Source: Desulfocapsa sulfexigens DSM 10523 (GTDB lineage Bacteria > Desulfobacterota > Desulfobulbia > Desulfobulbales > Desulfocapsaceae). Taken from it: a stretch of DNA of 32,000 bases. The stretch's first letter is position 1; each line of letters opens with the position of its first letter. The DNA lies in contig NC_020304.1 of the NCBI RefSeq assembly GCF_000341395.1, forward strand, positions 840,001 through 872,000. The letters run 5' to 3'. Positions 28,900 through 32,000 of this stretch are shown here, piece after piece. Under the pieces are notes generated by a model. That model was not told the origin of the DNA. It made no database searches and saw nothing but the letters and a program-made list of their open reading frames with translations. The position numbers were made by a program, and so were the translations under genes.

Positions 28900-29840
28900 C
28901 TGCTGAGCCTCCTTCTTCTGTTGCCAAAGAAATTCAACAGTGGCGGCACATAGGACTGGTCAGTGGAGAGATCGAGAAGATCGACACCCGCCGAGCGAAT
29001 AGCTTTATTGAGTGTTTTTCTTCTGTCGGCTGCAAGCTCCGCATAGCCTCGACGCACAGAAGGGTCAGAGGTGTCGAGTTCTACCTGAACTCCACTCTCA
29101 GCATCTTCAATGGTGAGCCAGCCCACATCGGGGAGGGTATGCTCACGCGGATCCGAAATAATCATGGCGATTAAATCATGGCGACGGTTACTCACCTGCA
29201 GTTTCGGCTGCAGAGCTGTTAAGGCCTTTTCGAAATCACCGGGTAGACAGAAATCTGAAATAAGAAAGGTGACACATTTACGCCTGGCAACTTCATTTAC
29301 AAAATCAAGGGGAACAATCAGGTCTGTTTTCCGGCCCTGGGGCTGAAAGAAGAGGATCTCCCGAATAAGTCTGAGGATATGTGATCGTCCTTTTTTGGGC
29401 GGGATATACAGCTCCACAAAATCTGAGAAAAGAATCAGACCAACTTTGTCATTATTACGAACAGCCGAGAAGGCAAGCACTGAGCCGATCTCAGCCATAA
29501 CTTCCCGTTTAGAACTTGCAGCGGAACCAAAATCTCCTGAACCGGAAATATCAATCAGCAGCATAATGGTGAGTTCCCGCTCTTCGGTAAACTTTTTGAT
29601 ATGGGGTACCCCTGTTCGTGCCGTAACATTCCAGTCAATGGTTCGAATTTCATCTCCCGGCACATATTCCCGGACCTCGTCAAAATTCATACCTCGTCCC
29701 TTAAAAACGGACTGGTAGCTTCCAGCTAGAGTATCGTTGACCAGCCTGCTGGTTCGAACCTCTACCTGACGAACCTTCTTCAGAATTTCCCTGGTGATTT
29801 GCTCTTCCATATCAACCCTATGGGACAGGAACGGTATCAA
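28896..29840 (-). CDS. DUF58 domain protein
   Basis: 314 aa. GRGMNFDEVREYVPGDEIRTIDWNVTARTGVPHIKKFTEERELTIMLLIDISGSGDFGS. Alternative start at 29810 (MEEQITREILKK). Confidence 0.93.
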   Translation of the reverse strand: MIPFLSHRVDMEEQITREILKKVRQVEVRTSRLVNDTLAGSYQSVFKGRGMNFDEVREYVPGDEIRTIDWNVTARTGVPHIKKFTEERELTIMLLIDISGSGDFGSAASSKREVMAEIGSVLAFSAVRNNDKVGLILFSDFVELYIPPKKGRSHILRLIREILFFQPQGRKTDLIVPLDFVNEVARRKCVTFLISDFCLPGDFEKALTALQPKLQVSNRRHDLIAMIISDPREHTLPDVGWLTIEDAESGVQVELDTSDPSVRRGYAELAADRRKTLNKAIRSAGVDLLDLSTDQSYVPPLLNFFGNRRRRLSR

Positions 29841-30879
29841 GAATTTTTCGGATAATATCCTCTGTTGTTATCGCCTCGGCCTCGGCCTCATAACTGATAC
29901 GAATACGATGTCGCATCACATCCATGGCGGCAGATTTCACATCATCGGGTGTTACGTATCCCCGTCCGGCCAAAAAGGCCAGGGCCCGGGAAACGGTTTT
30001 CAAATTAATGGTCGCCCGGGGTGAGGCTCCGGTTTCTATATAGTCGTGAAGATCAAGCTTGAAACTTCTGGGATCACGGGTGGCACAGACGAGCGAAACA
30101 ATATAATCTTTTATTTTGTCATCCATATAAATGCTATCTACCACCCTGCGTGAAGCAAGAATATCATCCGGTCCGACGACAGGATTAACCACAACAACAG
30201 AATCAGTATGATCAACGGCGTCAAGGATCATACGCTCCTGAGTCATGGATGGATAATCCACAATAACCTTCATCATAAACCTGTCTACCTGTGCTTCGGG
30301 CAATGGATAGGTCCCCTCCTGCTCAATGGGATTCTGGGTGGCAAGTACCAGAAAAAGCTCTGGCAGACGAAAGGTCTCGTCTCCAATAGTCACCTGTTTT
30401 TCCTGCATGGCTTCAAGCATGGCAGACTGCACTTTGGCAGGAGCCCTATTGATCTCATCAGCAAGAATAAGCGACGAGAATATTGGTCCCTGCTTGACCT
30501 CAAAAAGCGTATCCTTAGGATTATATATCTGAGTCCCTATAATATCGGCGGGCAGCATATCCGGAGTAAACTGGATACGCTGAAAATCCGTATGTATAAC
30601 CATAGCGAGGGTTTTTACCGCCAGTGTCTTGGCAAGCCCCGGTAATCCCTCCAGCAGGATATGTCCTCCAGTAAGCAATCCCACAAGGAGACGTTCCACC
30701 AGGTGCTCCTGGCCAATTATGGATTTAGCCATCTCCCGACGCAACAGACCAACCCAGGAAGAGCTCGCAACAACGGATTCATTGATAGCCTGAATGGAGG
30801 TATATCCTTCCTGCCGTACTGATTGGGGTGGAAGAGATGCAGATGAAACCGGATTAACAGATCTATTTTGCTCGTTCAT
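29818..30879 (-). CDS. MoxR-family AAA+ ATPase
   Basis: 353 aa. ILLEGLPGLAKTLAVKTLA, IQFTPDMLPADIIGTQIYN, PIFSSLILADEINRAPAKVQSAMLEAMQEKQVTIG, LVLATQNPIEQEGTYPLPEAQVDRFMMK. Confidence 0.96.
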   Translation of the reverse strand: MNEQNRSVNPVSSASLPPQSVRQEGYTSIQAINESVVASSSWVGLLRREMAKSIIGQEHLVERLLVGLLTGGHILLEGLPGLAKTLAVKTLAMVIHTDFQRIQFTPDMLPADIIGTQIYNPKDTLFEVKQGPIFSSLILADEINRAPAKVQSAMLEAMQEKQVTIGDETFRLPELFLVLATQNPIEQEGTYPLPEAQVDRFMMKVIVDYPSMTQERMILDAVDHTDSVVVVNPVVGPDDILASRRVVDSIYMDDKIKDYIVSLVCATRDPRSFKLDLHDYIETGASPRATINLKTVSRALAFLAGRGYVTPDDVKSAAMDVMRHRIRISYEAEAEAITTEDIIRKILDTVPVP

Positions 30880-30938
30880 GGAGACTCCTTTTAACGGAAT
30901 GAGGGTATCTTCTTATCAGGACTAAAGAATACCACAGA

Positions 30939-30971
30939 AACATTACCGGAATATTACCGGAACATTACAAT
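30939..30971. repeat. Three tandem 11-bp direct repeats in the divergent promoter region
   Basis: AACATTACCGG / AATATTACCGG / AACATTACAAT at 30939-30949, 30950-30960 and 30961-30971. Confidence 0.75.
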
Positions 30972-31140
30972 GCTGTAATCTTGTACAATTTTCTGCCAAC
31001 GTGTCTTCAGCCACGCATTATTTCACCAAAAACCCTCCGCAGTCCGATACGTTTTAAATTTGTTCATCCAAGCCAATTATGATAACATCATAAATAATCA
31101 TTCACGATCTGTTCTCGATTTTCTGGTTTACTAAGGAACC

Positions 31141-31977
31141 ATGTTTATGAGAAAAATCATTCCGTTTGTCCTTGGCATTTTTCTTTTTCTCCCAACAAAC
31201 TCTTATGCGCTCGAACGCTTTGAAATTTTCACCACCTCTCAATTGATGCAGCTGCTTCAGGACAGAAAGGATGGAAAAACGGACTTTCTTCTCGTCAATG
31301 CCCTTGACGAAATGATCTACCGCCACGCCTTCATCCCCGGTTCGGTGAATATTCCCATCACCCAGTTTGGGCAATATGCTCACAGGCTCGGAAAAGACAA
31401 AAATAAGCTGATAATTTCATACTGAATGGGCTACAGGTGAGTATTCGCCTACAAAATGGCAGTTGCCATTAAAGCAAAAGGGTTCACAAATATTAAAATA
31501 TACAATGGTGGACTGAAGGACTGGATACAATCAGGCAATCCCACGGAATCAATAGAAACCCTTCCAGAAGCAACCGTCCAGTTTATCGATGTCAATCAAT
31601 TAAGGATGCTTCTTTCCGAGGCTGACAAGACAAACTGTATGGATAAAAATGGTAAACCACTTCTTACACTTATTGATTTCCGTTCCTCCAACAGTGATTC
31701 CATAAAAAAAGGGGCAGATAAATATCGGATAGCAACAAAATGCCATACCATTTCAGCATTGCTTGATGAATTTATTGACAACAATAGCCTTATCGAATCC
31801 ATCCCCTTAGAAGGACTTACTATTTCTATCAGTGAGACAGGAAACAGAGACACGTTCCTTATCAGATATCTCTCCAAATGTTGCAGACCTGATATCCGAG
31901 GTCTTAAATACGGTATGAGAAGCTGGATAAAGGCCGGGTATCCTGTGGAAAAAACAGCCCATTCGGACACAAACTAA
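31141..31977 (+). CDS. Probable selenoprotein: exported tandem rhodanese-domain protein with two in-frame UGA(Sec) codons (active site YUMGYRU)
   Basis: Track ORFs 31141..31425 and 31456..31977 share a frame. Reading through TGA at 31423-31425 and 31438-31440 gives ...DKNKLIISY-U-MGYR-U-VFAYKMAVAIKAKGFTNIKIYNGGLKDW.... This is a continuous rhodanese domain with CxGxxC-type loop, followed by a second Cys-less rhodanese-like domain. Signal peptide MFMRKIIPFVLGIFLFLPTNSYA. 278 aa if both TGAs are read. Alternative start ATG at 31147. Confidence 0.85.
31435..31450 (+). promoter_or_regulatory. Candidate bacterial SECIS hairpin for the first UGA
   Basis: AGGUGA-GUAU-UCGCCU: 6 bp (one U-G wobble) with a 4-nt loop starting GU. 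The loop starts 15 nt after TGA 31423-31425. Confidence 0.55.
31455..31470 (+). promoter_or_regulatory. Candidate bacterial SECIS hairpin for the second UGA
   Basis: AAUGGC-AGUU-GCCAUU: perfect 6-bp stem with loop AGUU (G followed by U). The loop starts 20 nt after TGA 31438-31440. Confidence 0.65.
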
Positions 31978-32000
31978 ATGCTTAAAAGTCTTCGTGCCAA
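31978..32000 (+). CDS. Start of a downstream co-directional ORF (truncated by the window edge)
   Basis: ATG directly abuts the TAA of the rhodanese gene: MLKSLRA... Too short to identify. Confidence 0.35.

Noticed and set aside
31423-31440. Interpretation of the rhodanese gene as an ordinary pseudogene or sequencing error
   Set aside because: Both interruptions are TGA, both fall on expected Cys positions, and the rest of the frame is intact with candidate SECIS hairpins downstream. Kept only as an alternative to be excluded by genome-wide sel gene search and read inspection.
31456-31977. Stand-alone ORF starting at ATG 31456 as an independent gene
   Set aside because: It starts in the middle of the rhodanese helix following the active-site loop. 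The preceding codons V-F-A-Y-K complete the motif and are in frame with 31141..31425, so it is the C-terminal part of a recoded gene.
1-32000. CRISPR arrays, tRNA/rRNA genes, transposons, prophage or toxin-antitoxin/defence modules
   Set aside because: No regularly spaced repeats, RNA gene cores, transposase/integrase motifs or defence-family signatures were seen in either strand.

Overview
This window looks chromosomal and is densely coding. It resembles a Gram-negative sulfate-reducer-like (Desulfobulbales-type) genome; that taxonomic guess is inference only. Main blocks, left to right: (1) a minus-strand operon of a small protein, a TPR protein and a secreted protein that runs off the left edge; (2) a degenerate second copy of a DUF2058/YaiL-like C-terminus; (3) a PAS sensor histidine kinase; (4) a four-gene, 4-nt-overlap operon encoding a TonB-dependent receptor, a YfiR-like periplasmic protein, a hybrid histidine kinase with a CHASE8-like sensor, and a REC-GGDEF-EAL protein; (5) a second membrane hybrid histidine kinase; (6) an intact DUF2058 gene divergent from an ABC-F ATPase; (7) a zinc-ribbon/TM/trypsin-like protease with a coiled-coil insert; (8) an acyltransferase-3, a TPR lipoprotein and a class III cyclase; (9) a PlsC-like acyltransferase; (10) a complete MoxR/Bat aerotolerance-type operon with a BatB-BatC fusion. 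The strongest finding is at the right edge. Two ORFs (31141..31425 and 31456..31977) are in the same frame and together form one tandem-rhodanese protein. The two in-frame TGA codons fall exactly where both cysteines of the CxGxxC rhodanese active-site motif are expected (YUMGYRU). Each TGA is followed by a short hairpin with a G-U in its apical loop, as in bacterial SECIS elements. I read this as a probable exported double-selenocysteine rhodanese that ORF callers split in two. No rRNA, tRNA, CRISPR array or transposase was seen.
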